Made by a program: the position numbers and the translations under genes. Positions 1 through 13,960 of a stretch of DNA of 64,000 nt are shown one piece after another. How positions within the stretch are numbered: the first letter of the stretch is position 1; each line of letters starts with the position of its first letter. The DNA is taken from contig OZ024743.1 of NCBI GenBank assembly GCA_964016885.1, positions 119,474,001-119,538,000 of the forward strand. Reading direction: 5' to 3'. Source of the DNA: Eledone cirrhosa (taxonomy: Eukaryota). The notes under the pieces are model-generated. The model ran no database searches. It was not told the origin of the DNA and saw nothing but the letters and a program-made list of their open reading frames with translations.

Positions 1-1398
1 AACTGAACACGTAAAACTTCATGATTACGATGCAAACCTCTTAAGCCCCCGGCTGAGTCTGCGTTCAAAATTCATAATGTTATACATTTCGCACAGAAAC
101 ACAAATAGTAAAGACAAATAGAAGGATGTTCCGATATTCATGTGCAGTGTTGATCTCAATTGTTACAATGGTGAATAAACCTGGCACCTTGTCAACATCC
201 AACTGGATTAATGGATAGATGGATCGATGGATTAATACTTCCATGAATGATTCAACAAATGATCACGTTTATTCAGCCATAGTCAGCAGATGACATGGTA
301 AATTAAATACCAACAAGAACACAAATACTATTCAATATGCGGACTTCCCTGTGGTATGACGACATATTGAAAATAGTAGTAAAACCTCCCTCAACTCGCA
401 CACTACATTACTTTTATATTTAAATAAGAAAATATCACATTAGACACTGTAATTCTAGATATTTATATAAAGTGAAGATAGTAATGGCTGTAATATTTTT
501 TTTTTTTTTTTGTAGATCAATTTGAATAGGGCTGACCTGAAGCTAAACAATAAGAACAACAATAGTGAGAACTCATGCGCATGATTGCTAAGTACCGAAA
601 TTACTCTCAAGTAACACAAAGATTCATCTGATAATACAGTACTGGATAATTTGCTTGAAAACATGTGTTGATCTTATTTTGAACGATTCCTTGATAGGTT
701 TGCTTGTCAATGCTGAGGTGGTGCTAAACAACAGTAGCAACAACTTATTTGTATGAGAAACGTGAGTTCAGTCAATTCAAGTTTGAAACAAACACATTGT
801 TGCTCTAGTTAGAACACTCCTTATTGAAAATACCAATGATCAAAGTATTGCAGTCATATATATTTTATTTTTCTTCAGATATCAAGGACTCCAAATTCCA
901 ATGTGTATTTTATTCAAGATGATGTAGTGTAATTTGAGAGTGATTTGGCTGCTATTTCTAACAGGTTGAATGATAATGGATGCATCGTTGTAAATTTGAT
1001 AGAGGTTGGAGAAAAACTCAAGATAATATCGATTTGAAGATGACTGAAAAGTTCGAAATACTTTTTAGAGGCAAATAAAAAAAAACCCTTGGATTTGATA
1101 ATAAAAATATCTCTACACAACGCCATTGAAGCAAAATCAAATATTTCGAATCCAAGTAATAACACATATGCGGAATTAATATATTGTTATCTTCATGAAA
1201 CCACTGTGAAGGTCTGGAACTCAACATTGTTTTCATTTATATTGTATAGTCTCCCATGAGCTGTCAACTTTCTATGGTTTCTGTACACACTTTGGTGGAT
1301 TGGTCCATTGGGGATTCAGTATTCAATCTGCTAGAAACTGCAATCAACCTGTATGTATGTATGTATGTATGTATGTATGTATGTATGTATGTATGTAT

Positions 1399-1562
1399 GG
1401 GCCCAGCACTATGTGTCAATAATTGTCACAAGTGTAGTGTTTGTACCAGAGTTTTCAAGTCGCTGGCTGGACAAAAAGTCACACCCGTTCAGCGCATCGG
1501 TAGGGGTTCTCCTACATGGATATAAAGTAGTGGCCGTACTCGAAAACGAGTTGGCAGCCACC
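1399..1562 (+). mobile_element. 3' end of an RTE-clade LINE (C2H2 finger remnant plus 3' UTR hairpin) between (TATG)n tracts
   Basis: Translates as HKCSVCTRVFKSLAG/[frameshift]KSHTRSAHR*, like the C-terminal C2H2 motif of RTE/BovB ORFs. Followed by hairpin gtggc..actcg-aaaa-cgagt..gccac and an (ATGT)n tail. Same sequence on the minus strand at 63921-64000. Confidence 0.65.
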
Positions 1563-1737
1563 ATGTATGTATGTATGTATGTATGTATGTATGTATGCAT
1601 GTGTATATGCGTGTTTGTGTGTGTGTGTAAATATATTTACAATCATAAATACAAACACACAGACATATATGTGTTTGTATGTGTGTGTCTGTCTGCTGTC
1701 TGTCTGTCAGTGTCTATGTGTGTGTATGTGTGTGTGT

Positions 1738-1805
<68 letters not shown>

Positions 1806-2767
1806 TAAGATATGAAGAATATGTGTATATATATTAGGAATCCGTCTAGGTTGTAGAGAAGCCCGATCAGCACTCAACTATTCACGAAATGAATTCATTG
1901 TTTCTGAATGGATGTAGTTAATTATTCTATTTTCAAAGAACTGTGAACAGCGGGTATAGACAACATGTAGATCTCATACAAAAGACATCAACAAATACCA
2001 AGGAACATGAAAATTGCAAACTTCATGATACAAATGGTTACATTGGCCACGCAAGTATGATACTTTCTTGCCAGTAGACCATGCACTTACAACATGGAGC
2101 CATGGCAGCACAATACAGTACATACAACCCAATTAGATAAACAAATCTTTAGTTAAGGAAATTATAATTCTATATAAAAAAAACACTGAACGAGGAGTGT
2201 AGCTATAGGAGTTTTACTAATATTAAAATAGTTTAAAATACAAATAAAAACTTAACACCGCTCCAGCATACGTGAAATAAATTATAAAAATTCTATGCAA
2301 TTACTGCAAAGGACGTGAATGAAATGCCACTAATACTAATAATAATCTTTTGACGATTTTTGATTTTCTTTAACAAACCAAACAAGAAATCTGCACAAGT
2401 GATCATATGAAATATTGCAATATATATTAGCCACGTGACAATTCTTAGCCACTTTGAATTCGTTTCTGGCGGGGATCATTTAAGAAAAATCTTTATCCAA
2501 TTGAGTTTGTCTCCTGATGATTTCGAAATTCGTTGATTTATCCAAGATCGGATATTTCCAAAAAGCGAATGAAACCCCTGGGGACAGAGATATATTTGAT
2601 GATTTTGGTATGTTTATGTACACTTTTTCTTCTAATTTTGATTTTGTACCTAATTATGTATGGTTAACTGTATGTTTAATCAATTTCTACAGGCTATCAG
2701 AAATAGTAGGTAAATTTTCTGTGGCTGTGAATCGCGGATAAAAAGCTATCATTTATTTATCTATTAA

Positions 2768-2973
2768 TTCACATGACCTCTACCGACCAATCAAAATTGT
2801 TTTGACCACAAGAATTTTTGCTGGAGCCACTTTTTTAACATAAAAACAGTCTTGGCGCAAAATCAATTTTTTACATTCACATGAGCTCTACCGACCAATC
2901 AAAATTGTTTTGACCACAAGAATTTTTGCAACACCAAAGTAACGCTGGAGCCACTTTTTTAACATAAAAACAG
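2768..2973. repeat. Local direct duplication of about 85 bp
   Basis: ttcacatga(c/g)ctctaccgaccaatcaaaattgttttgaccacaagaatttttg...ctggagccacttttttaacataaaaacag at about 2768-2850 and 2876-2973; the second copy has a short insertion. Confidence 0.85.
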
Positions 2974-3232
2974 GTAGAATTCCCAAAACTAATCAGATCA
3001 GAGCAAACAACACGGATACTCTATCTCAAAATTATTTTTGAAAAGCATTTAGAAATGCGCAACCGGTAAAAACTTAAAAACTTAAAACCACAACTGAATA
3101 CTAACCCATACAATTACTAATACTCTTTTATTCCTAATTAAACTATTTTTCAACTGTGAACAATTTGTCAGCATTTTCTATTCCGTTTACCAATATATAA
3201 TAACTTGTGTGTTACACCTCTATTCTTTTAAC

Positions 3233-3265
<33 letters not shown>

Positions 3266-3490
3266 TTATTTCTTTATGTTCATACACGAAACAAAATGTC
3301 TACCCAGTTTAAGCAGCCTGTTAGATTAGGTCACAATTTTGATCTCTCTCTTACATTCTCGAGATATGGTCAATATTGGGCCTTGAAACCTTGGGTAGAT
3401 CTTTTTTCCGTGTATGAACATGAATGAATAATATATATAATATAGCAGTGTTTTCCTTTTTCTTTTATCACACATACGGATATTTCTACA

Positions 3491-3608
<118 letters not shown>

Positions 3609-5156
3609 GTATGACATCTCTCTTTGGTTCGGTAAAACAAAATTCCTCTGACCATTTGAGCACAACTGTCCGTATAGCCAGTCCGTTTGAACAGTCCAAT
3701 TAACCAGCTGATTGCAATGACCAGACTAACTAGTTTATTATGACTATTTCACCGGTTAATTCATTATATCAGCTCATCTGACCATCTCGCTGGCTCGTTA
3801 TAACATTACAACAACCATTATAGGGCTGTGTTTACTTAATATACTTATTCCGATATCCTCATTAACACTGCTAGTCTCCCTTTCTCATTAGTACAGTATC
3901 CACTTTGACCAGTTCATTATCGAAAAACTAGTAAACTTGAAACTCTTTTCTGAAGAATTAAGGTAGTTTTTGCATAATACTGCCAAGTACACGAATAGTC
4001 TGAAAGTTAAATTATCTCAGAATGTAAACAGAAGAGAAATGTTGTGTGTGTATGGGAATGGCTTCTTATTATATGATTAATTAACATGTTCAATTCAATA
4101 CGTACCTGATGAGATGATTTTATAAACAGCTGATTTGTTATTTATCCCCAGTTCAGCCCTCCCTACCCAAACCTATAATCAAAGGAGGTCTAAACATCAC
4201 TACTATGTATATTTAGTTTCTATCACGAACAACTTTATGCAATCTATTCCATCTTTTCTTTAAACATTAGAGGGAGATGTGAGTGCAATGTGGCTTATAT
4301 AGACATATTTGTTATATTTCTCAGAGTAAGAATTATGAATTAAAACAATATAATTTTTGTTGATGGCCATAATTAATTTGTGGAGTTTATCAATAACTTT
4401 GATGTCGTTATTGGATGATATGATGATCGTTAAGTCGCTGTTCATATGGAACCATTGTTGATTGCACTGATGAATTTGATCAATTTTTGCCACTTCACTA
4501 CTAAATTCCGTAGAGATATACACTGCAACTCTTTACCCTAAGTTAGCATTGAGTAAGACAGTGATTGAGACGATGTTGCAGTACCATACATTGCAGGAAG
4601 CACCTCGTGGTATTGTGATTTCATCAAGTCTCAATTAATTATTAATTCCAAAGCTAGCATTTTAAATATGAAATCAGAAATCGCTTCCATTTGCCTTCAA
4701 AAAACCTACAATATTTTAAATATTATAAACCCCAAAATGTTAATTAACAACCTTTACTTCATACAACACTTTACCTGATACCGAGTCCGTATTAATGTTA
4801 TATAGATTATATGATATATTTGTTTAATTATTATACTATCGTATCTAACGTCTTCCTTTGACCTTAATAATAATGTCCATATATTTAGAATAGCATTTAT
4901 CCTATATTAAATCCATAGTAATGGGGAAATGTTTAGGTAGACTCAGAAATTTATATACTAATTGTCTACTTTGTAAATTTAACACCGGTTCAACTCATTA
5001 AATTACCCCCCCCCCCCCTTAACCTCTGAAATAATATTCTGAAAAACGTAAATATTTGTTTATTTTGATAGTAATACACACATCGCTCATATAATTAAAT
5101 ATCGATTATTTAATAATTAATATGGTAGATAGAACAAATCTGTAACAACTGAAACA

Positions 5157-5190
<34 letters not shown>

Positions 5191-5197
<7 letters not shown>

Positions 5198-6008
5198 ACT
5201 AGAAATAGATTGACATATATATATATAAAATAAATACATGAAACAATCACAGGGAATAATTTGTAAAGAATGTAAGCACACATAGCTAGGTAGGTAACTA
5301 ATTAAAGTTTGACTAGAACTTCAAATATAAATACCTTTTAAAATTATTAATCTCCTTTGTATATATTTCTTTAAGTAAGAAATATATTTCACCTATAAAT
5401 ATGTGAAATATGGTGGATATGGTGGATATGGCGCATGTCTCTCAGACACGACAACCCTTAATTTTAATTTTGGATATATATACGGCCCCTTGATTGTTGA
5501 GCTAATTCAGTTGAATAGGCTCGGCTGCTATTTCTGGCTGTCGATGGTCCTATTCACGCCACTGGGATGACGTTGTTCAACGAGTGTATTTTAAAAAAAA
5601 TGCAACACGTGGTTCGAATCATTCACGGATTTGCATTTGCTGTGTAAACACAGATGGTTATTTTCTTCTCCTTTGGTGAACATCCAAGAATTTAACTGCT
5701 GTGATTTGCGGATTAATAGGTGGACTATATTTCTTACTTAAAGAAATATATACAAAGGAGATTAATCATTTTAAAAGGTATTTATATTTGAAGTTCTAGT
5801 CAAACTTTAATTAGTTACCTACCTAGCTATGTGTGCTTACATTCTTTACAAATTATTTCCTGTGATTGTTTCATGTATTTATTTTATATATATATATATG
5901 TCAATCTATTTCTAGTTGATATGTAATGCTCGGATCTAATCTTTGAGCTTATTCTACGGTGGATATGGCGCATGTCTCTCAGACATGACAATCCTTAATT
6001 TTAATTTT

Positions 6009-6012
<4 letters not shown>
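5191..6012. repeat. TA-flanked inverted repeat (about 195 bp arms) plus a duplicated tail of about 55 bp; Penelope-like terminal architecture
   Basis: 5193-5387 is the near-perfect reverse complement of 5726-5921. ggtggatatggcgcatgtctctcagaca...ttttggatata occurs at about 5420-5475 and 5958-6012. Confidence 0.8.
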
Positions 6013-6044
<32 letters not shown>

Positions 6045-6046
<2 letters not shown>

Positions 6047-6434
6047 AGATAAATCTACCAAAATATACGGTAGTGTCCAATCCGTATGAAGAACTCAATG
6101 TAATCCAAATATCATGAAAAGAGAAGATGTATTCAAACATTTTTTCGATGAAAATCACAGGAAAACAGAGTCAAGATAAATTAATAAAAACAATGAATAA
6201 AAACAAAGAAACAGTTCCTTATATAAAAAATTCTTAATTTTACGATCGTTTCTAGGATGTATATGTGTGTGTTGGTATGTATATCATATAGATCTATGTA
6301 ACATTTTTACATAGATCTATATGATATACATACCAACACACACATATATACATCCTAGAAACGATCGTAAAATTATGAATTTTTTTATATAAGGAACTGT
6401 TTCTTTGTTTTTATTCATTGTTTTTATTAATTTA
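6045..6434. repeat. Fold-back palindrome (about 125 bp arms, axis near 6304) with an unpaired tail, flanked by (TA)n
   Basis: 6177-6301 is the reverse complement of 6307-6434. Each arm carries GAA-ACGATCGT-A, resembling the 3' half of a hammerhead with a palindromic stem III. Confidence 0.85.
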
Positions 6435-6873
6435 TATATATGTATATATATATTCACTGCGAATAATTTCATGATTCACAATATAACGTTAGGTCTGCAG
6501 TAAATATATTTTAACCCTGCTAGAATCCTTGGAATGTCTGAGTTAAATATGAATATTTCTTTGTTAAAATTATATATTCAAATTCATTTTAGGAAAACTT
6601 TTAATACAAATGACATCAGCTTTGAACTATAAATTCCAATTCATTCTAGGAAACACAAGAGACACTATGTTTTTGTGACTACGATGTTTCTCGAACTATA
6701 TTTGTAACTGTAAAAGAGGGATGGTGGATGTATGGCGATGTGTTTGGTGGTGGTGGTGGGGGTGATGTGTGCGACATGATATTTACAGGATCGGATCTTA
6801 CAATGGGTTACATGTTAGAGAAGACAAAGGTACTGTGATGAGGGATGGTGTGGTAAAGCAAAGGTGGTTATCC

Positions 6874-7243
<370 letters not shown>

Positions 7244-7334
7244 GCGTAAAAGAATAACTTTGTACTACGTCGACGACTCTGTACATGGAGTGGCTAAACT
7301 ATATATCTCTCTCACCCTCACTCTCTTTATCTCT

Positions 7335-7368
<34 letters not shown>

Positions 7369-8671
7369 TCATATATATATATATATATATGAATATATAT
7401 ATATACATATATACATATATATATATATATATTAATATATATATATACATATGTATATATATATATATATATATATACACTCATATATATATATGTATAT
7501 ATATGAATATTGATATTTGAGGGTGATTTTATGCGTAGTGTATGTGATCAAAATGAAAAGAAGTTGCAATAGTCCCGTGTACTGTTGTTTGAAACTAGAA
7601 ACATAAAAGAAAACATGTATTAACACGAAGCTTATATTTTATTTATAAGAAAAGGTAATAAATTCATTTGTAATGTTATTGTCATTAACATCAGTCTTTC
7701 TAAAGATACTGTGTATAGGTTTGTGTTTCCATATATTTATATATGTCAGGGATTGAAGAGAGCGAAGAGAGAAGGAAAGAAATGGACAGAAAATGAGAGA
7801 ATTGGAGAATAAGGGAGTATAATGAAAAGGGAGAGAAAGAGGAAGTCAGAGATAATAGGAAAGAAAATAGGCGAGTGAGAGAGTGAGAAAGAAAAAGAGT
7901 GTGAATGATATAGAATATGTGAGAAAATGAGAGAGAGAGGGAGAGAGAGGGGGGGATAAGAGAGATAGAGATGAATTGAAAATAAATGAGAAACTTTAGA
8001 GAATGAGAGATGATGACGGCGGGAGATAAAGAAGAAGACAGAAGGAAGAAAGAAGGAGAAAATGGAGTGTTTCGGAAACACATAACTTAGATTACGATAA
8101 TGTGCACATTGTTTATATGTAAGAGTGGTGGAAGGAGAGAGAGAGAGAGGGGTAGATAAACCTTCTCAGAAATACCTTTTCATTTGAGAGAAAACAATGC
8201 AGGGAGGTATTAGTGATAAAAAGGTGAAATTATCGGTATAACAACGATTAGATCAAAAGGCCTAAAGTGGTGATGATCGTGATAGTGGGTGGCAACTGTT
8301 GTGATGGCAACAGTGGTGTTGCCGGTGATGGTAAAGTGGTGGTAACGGTGGTGGTGGTGGCTGGTAGTGGCTGGTGGTGGTGGTGGTTTTAATTATTACG
8401 TTGATCGTGGTTGTTTAGTCCATGATTAAACCTAATCGAACAGCTCCATGATCAAATGCATTCCATCCGTGACCATTCCATCGATTTAGAATTGTGGAAG
8501 GGTTATGTTATACTAATGCGTCTTTATTTAAGACAAAGTGGCAGATCTCAAATATAACAGAAACCCAAGTAAAACTGACACAAATGGGATGGGCCTACGG
8601 CTACACACACTGTGACGTCTATATATAATCTAATCTAATCTGGCCGAGTTTACACTCGCAAATAAGAAGAA

Positions 8672-9097
8672 CCAGGGCCGCCCCTAGGAGCATTGGATTT
8701 GGTGTACTTCATATTTGTTTCGGTTGCTGAATACAACCAGGGGTCGCTGCTTCTCCTGAAGGTCAATAGTTCTCTTCTAACTCGAGCGGGAGCGCCTTTC
8801 CATTGTCAATTTGCATTGATTATCTGCAAAGCCATATTGTTCTCAGAACCACTACACCATTCTTTCGATGCGTGCAGCTGGAACTACTGCCATCCATTGA
8901 TTTGGCAGGATACTTTTTCTTTAGATGGCCGTTGACTCTTATGAGTTTTTCCGTCCTTTGTTTTTTGTCTTACGGGGTGTAAGAAAATGACCCTCCTCTC
9001 TAAGTAAACTTGGTGGGGTTGCCGGCTTAGTCGCCGACGACCAGACCATGCGAGGTTGTACTGGGTTAGATGCTATCAGTAACACTCGAGAGTGACC
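8672..9097 (-). mobile_element. 5' UTR-like segment of an RTE-type LINE
   Basis: Homologous to 12190-12387 (+). Contains caggagaagcagcgacccctgg, resembling the RTE 5' UTR motif, followed by an ATG. Confidence 0.5.
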
Positions 9098-10021
9098 TCA
9101 CATGTAGGCTATTCTACTGAGTGGTAAATTCTGTCAACACGTATCAGCAACTCAGTATTATAGTAATGTAATCGAAACCAAAACCACACCTGGATATCAT
9201 GCACGTCGCTGTTTATTGTTGAGACTCGGCAATTCTCACTTCATAGACCTCCTTTAGACCAATAGCTTTCGTTTTTTTTAATCCGGCTTTTACAACAAAC
9301 AAAAGGTAGGAAAAATGGTTATAGAGACCAATTATTGAAGCTCACGTTACAATAGTGAAAGTCGCATGTGTCAACAGATTCCTGTTACGCAGCTCTCTTA
9401 TTGACAACGATACGGAGCGCTCTTCAGCTACGTAGCTCACCAGTTCTCTATATGCAGCCATGAAGGCAGTCGCGTTGCCAATAGAGACGTCGCTCGGATT
9501 ATGATTTTGATGCATCAACTTGACTACAACCTGTTCGGAACTGCGAAACTCACACGCATCCGGCTTTGGATACGACAGTTTGACTATCGCTAGTTCTGAA
9601 AGCAAACCGCTTACCACTTTTTTACTATGTAATATTGCAGCATTGCAGACAGCCACATTGGCAAGACCTAACAACTTACAGAGGCCTATACAGCTTACAT
9701 AATGTATACCCACAAGACATTTTACAGGTTACGAATCATACAGTTGCATATGCTTCAAGGTCCACTACACCAAACGAATATTTACTTTAGATGAAAATCT
9801 TCATGTATCTAGTATGTGTATCAGAGATAGGTTTAGCTAAATAAATATTCAAAGCAGTAACTCATTTATGCAACTCTTCGTAAACAAAGTATTTTTATAC
9901 TTTCCATTCTACAAAATATCAAATTCCTTACACATATCAATGTTGTATATTGCTGACTAATTCAAGTCTGTAATCATAATATTTCGCGTTAACATATGAA
10001 TTAATGATTTATATATCATAT

Positions 10022-10165
10022 AGGCGGCGAAGACGTCAGACAGAATGCTTTACGGTATTCGTTCCACCACTTTACGTGCTCTGAGTTCAAATCCAGCCGT
10101 GGTGAACTTTGCATTTCATCCTTTCGAGCTCGATAAAAAAGTACCAGTCCAGTTCCTGGGGTTGA
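10022..10165 (+). mobile_element. Diverged tRNA-derived SINE (major family of this window)
   Basis: B box gagttcaaatcc and core ctttgcatttcatcctttcgagctcgataaaaaagtaccag. Confidence 0.7.
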
Positions 10166-10326
10166 TTCTTCCTCTATAGAAAAAATCTGCGTCCAGACCT
10201 GGAGAGGGTTGGGCTCCGCTGGGTTTAAATGTTCCCTAGACACGTCGTATGACGGTGCCTCTACGACTCCACAAGGAGTTATGGGATCTTTATCCTTTAC
10301 CCTTTTATATCACACACACACACACC

Positions 10327-10358
<32 letters not shown>

Positions 10359-10453
10359 CACACACGCAATAAACACACACTCTCTTAAACTTATAAGCAC
10401 ATAAATTTTCAAAGTTTCATACAGAGAAACAACAAAAACTCACAAAACACATA

Positions 10454-10529
<76 letters not shown>

Positions 10530-10876
10530 CTCAATATAAAAAAAATAATTTTCTCCTTTTCAGCACGATATCGACCCCTTTGATCACAACCTTTCAAAGG
10601 ACGACCAACTTTACTAAACACTCCTATCAACAGTTTTCCAAGAGGTGGTAAAATGAACACACCTGCTTTCTCGGAGAAATCTTTTTTTTTTTCTTTTCTA
10701 TCTCACCTCACTCTCCTCTATCTTTCTATTTCTTCTTTAATTTTTCATTCTATTTTATAATGAGTGACTAGTGTCCGAAACGTTAAGACACTTTTACTAC
10801 TATATCAAGCGTAAAACTAATATATTTCTTCATTGTACTGTGTCATTTGCTTTGAAATTTCTGTTTACTTTTTGCA
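10530..10876 (+). mobile_element. Decayed Penelope-like 3' end with a degenerate hammerhead (about 10758-10788)
   Basis: taatga-gtgac-tagt-gtcc-GAAACGTTAAGAC; the downstream tail is homologous to 25265-25390 (-). Confidence 0.6.
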
Positions 10877-10911
10877 TATATACATACATATATATATCCA
10901 CACACACACAC

Positions 10912-10974
<63 letters not shown>

Positions 10975-11720
10975 GACCTGTTCCTGCATTACCAATAATT
11001 TCTTTAAACCTAAATACATCTAACTCCTCAGATGCGCTCTATTTTGGGGGCACAGAGTAGCATTCAAAAGATTATCTGAACATTGAAAATATTTGTACTT
11101 AAAATGTTTGTCTTTGCTTAGAGTTTCATTCGATGTAAACAAGTCATGAATCTGATCTGGAAGTGAGACACAACTTCACCTTACTCTAGAAATCCAAACC
11201 CATACCTTTATTCTTGGTGAGAACATGGTGATGGTGAAGTGTAAACTCGACCAGTCAGTGTGATATGGACCTATAAGCATTGGCTAGAGTTTGACTATGT
11301 TGCCTTTGTTCTCGTGTGATTTTCTGCTGAGCTGCGGGTTTAAAACATTGTGCTCCAAGTAACAGCATTCCAAGAAGTCGATCGTTCCGAGAGATTGATG
11401 TAATTAATCGTGACGTAGAACACAGACAGTATTCAAGAATTTAATTCTTACCCTAAATATTCACCGAAATAGTTGATGTTCTTCCAGTTTTCATCTTTGA
11501 AGATCCAAAATCCCTCGACACACTTCTATTTATGTGTTTAAAGTGCTCACAGAAGGGTCTGTAAACTATATATGGTACTCTATTGGTGTCTAGTACAAAT
11601 CTTAGGTGTGTCGCTATGATATCTCCCCAATCTAACATGGAAAGGTTTACTTCTATTTTCAATGGGTAAGAGCTTCGCAAGTGTCGAGCTCCTCTTATCT
11701 TATTCGATTGCTCTGCGTGT

Positions 11721-11817
11721 GAAGAAGAAGAAGAAGAAGAAGAAGAAGAAGAAGAAGAAGAAGAAGAAGAAGAAGAAGAAGAAGAAGAAGAAGAAGAAGA
11801 AGAAGAAGAAGAAGAAA
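11721..11817. repeat. (AAG)n microsatellite
   Basis: Pure trinucleotide run. Confidence 0.98.
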
Positions 11818-11905
11818 CAGTTCAAAGTAAACCATCTGAGGTGTCAGATGCGTTTAGGATTAACGAAATTATTGATAATATAGGAGCAGATAAAATAATA
11901 TATAT

Positions 11906-11979
<74 letters not shown>

Positions 11980-12049
11980 CATATATATGTATATATATTT
12001 ACATATATATATATATATAATTCATATATATGTATATATATTTACACAA

Positions 12050-12185
<136 letters not shown>

Positions 12186-12189
12186 CTAT

Positions 12190-12387
12190 GTCGGGTCACT
12201 CTTGGGTGCTACTGGTAACATGTAAGCCAGTACAACCTGTCGCATGGTCGGGTCGCCGGCGACTAAAACCGGCAACCCCACCAAGTTTACTTGGTGAGGA
12301 GGGATTTTGGACACCCTGCAGGACAAAGAACAAAACCTGACAAAAGGCGGAAGAACTCATAAGAGTCAACGGCCATCCAAAGGTGTG
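12190..12387 (+). mobile_element. RTE-type 5' end fragment (second copy)
   Basis: Aligns by eye to the reverse complement of about 8920-9097. Confidence 0.55.
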
Positions 12388-12460
12388 TAAATATGTATAT
12401 ACACATGTACATATGTATGTATATTTATATGTGTATATACATGGGTGCATGTGATGTATA

Positions 12461-12811
12461 TGCGCGGGGACATAGAAATAGTCGGACCGGACACCCGATC
12501 GCGCGGTTAAACCACTGGGAGTGAAGGACCCCTAGCATTTGTCAGGGCATTCTTCTAGGAGCAGGCAACTGAGGAAACTGGGATAATTCCGATATAAAAC
12601 CTGCGACTCAGTAGTTACCGATGATGTGGATCTTTTCTTCGTTTCGGGTTATAGCTACTGTCGCTCAGAGAGTGGGATTGGCTCAGTGCACAGTCTTTCA
12701 TCACTTAAAAAAATATCTTCACGCACAGGCATTGCACGATACGATAGAATTAATTAATAATTATTAATAATGATATATCGTGCAATGGCCATACTCGATA
12801 ACGAGGGGGAA

Positions 12812-12818
<7 letters not shown>
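12461..12818 (+). mobile_element. Bipartite non-autonomous RTE derivative (RTE-like 5' head plus RTE 3' tail)
   Basis: ggcattcttctaggagcaggcaact...ataaaacc resembles the RTE 5' UTR motif. Ends in tggccatactcgataacgagggggaagccatca, homologous to the RTE 3' hairpin at 1531-1562. Confidence 0.5.
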
Positions 12819-12889
<71 letters not shown>

Positions 12890-13001
12890 GTAGATACATA
12901 GATGTATGTATGCAAAGAGTAAACAGATTACAAAGTAAACGGCGCACCACTTGTTGGTAATGCAAGAATAGTCCAAATAATACCACACATATATATATAT
13001 A

Positions 13002-13090
<89 letters not shown>

Positions 13091-13663
13091 GTGTGTGTGT
13101 GTGTGTGTGTGTAAGTGTGTGTGTGCGTGCACGCATATAAATACATACATATATATATACATATGTATATACACACATATATAATCACATATATTTACAA
13201 ACATACACACACACACACACACACTCATATATATATAAATATATATATATATATACATATACAGAGAGAGAGAGAGAGAGAGAGAAAGAGCGACATACAA
13301 ACACATACGTATATGATATATATGTACACACTCACGCACACTTACGCACACACACACATATATGTTTATATATATAAGATATACACATACTTTCATATAG
13401 TGTTTATATATAAAGCTTACGATCGTTGGCGGTGTTTTTTCATCTTCTCAAGCTTCGTTTACTATTCACCTTTGCTGTATATATTTGTTAAACGTAAAAC
13501 ACACAAAAATGGTGACACCACTATTAAACCTGAGGGCATTTCACTACAACAGCAATAAAAACCAAAAATAGAATAAAATCACCGATGATCATGATGACCA
13601 CGACGACGAGGACAATACAGGACGATGATGATGATGATGATGATGATGATTATGATGATGATG

Positions 13664-13712
<49 letters not shown>

Positions 13713-13960
13713 TTTCTTTATTAACCACAAGGGTTTACGTAAAGTAGACATTAAGGACAGTGCAGGACAATACAGGACGGTACAAATGGGCATTGCTGCG
13801 TGTAAAAAACAAAGACAGAGGATGTAATAAAATATAACAATGAAAAATTCCCCAATAGGGGGGAGACTTCGGATGGACATCTGTGGAGAAAGCCCAGTAA
13901 AAGGCCACAGTGACCCTGACCACCAAGGCAAGTGCCCTCTCCCAGTTTTCCACCTTTAAT

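Noticed and set aside
7755-8070. Purine-rich tract giving hydrophobic S/L/F ORFs
   Set aside because: Degenerate (GA)n low-complexity DNA.
9342-9713. 123-aa ORF in a GC-richer segment
   Set aside because: No recognisable motif and no support beyond length.
12190-12290. HDV-like ribozyme at the RTE 5' end (also 9010-9097)
   Set aside because: An acc-loop-ggt P3-like hairpin is present, but I could not build P1/P2 pairing by eye.
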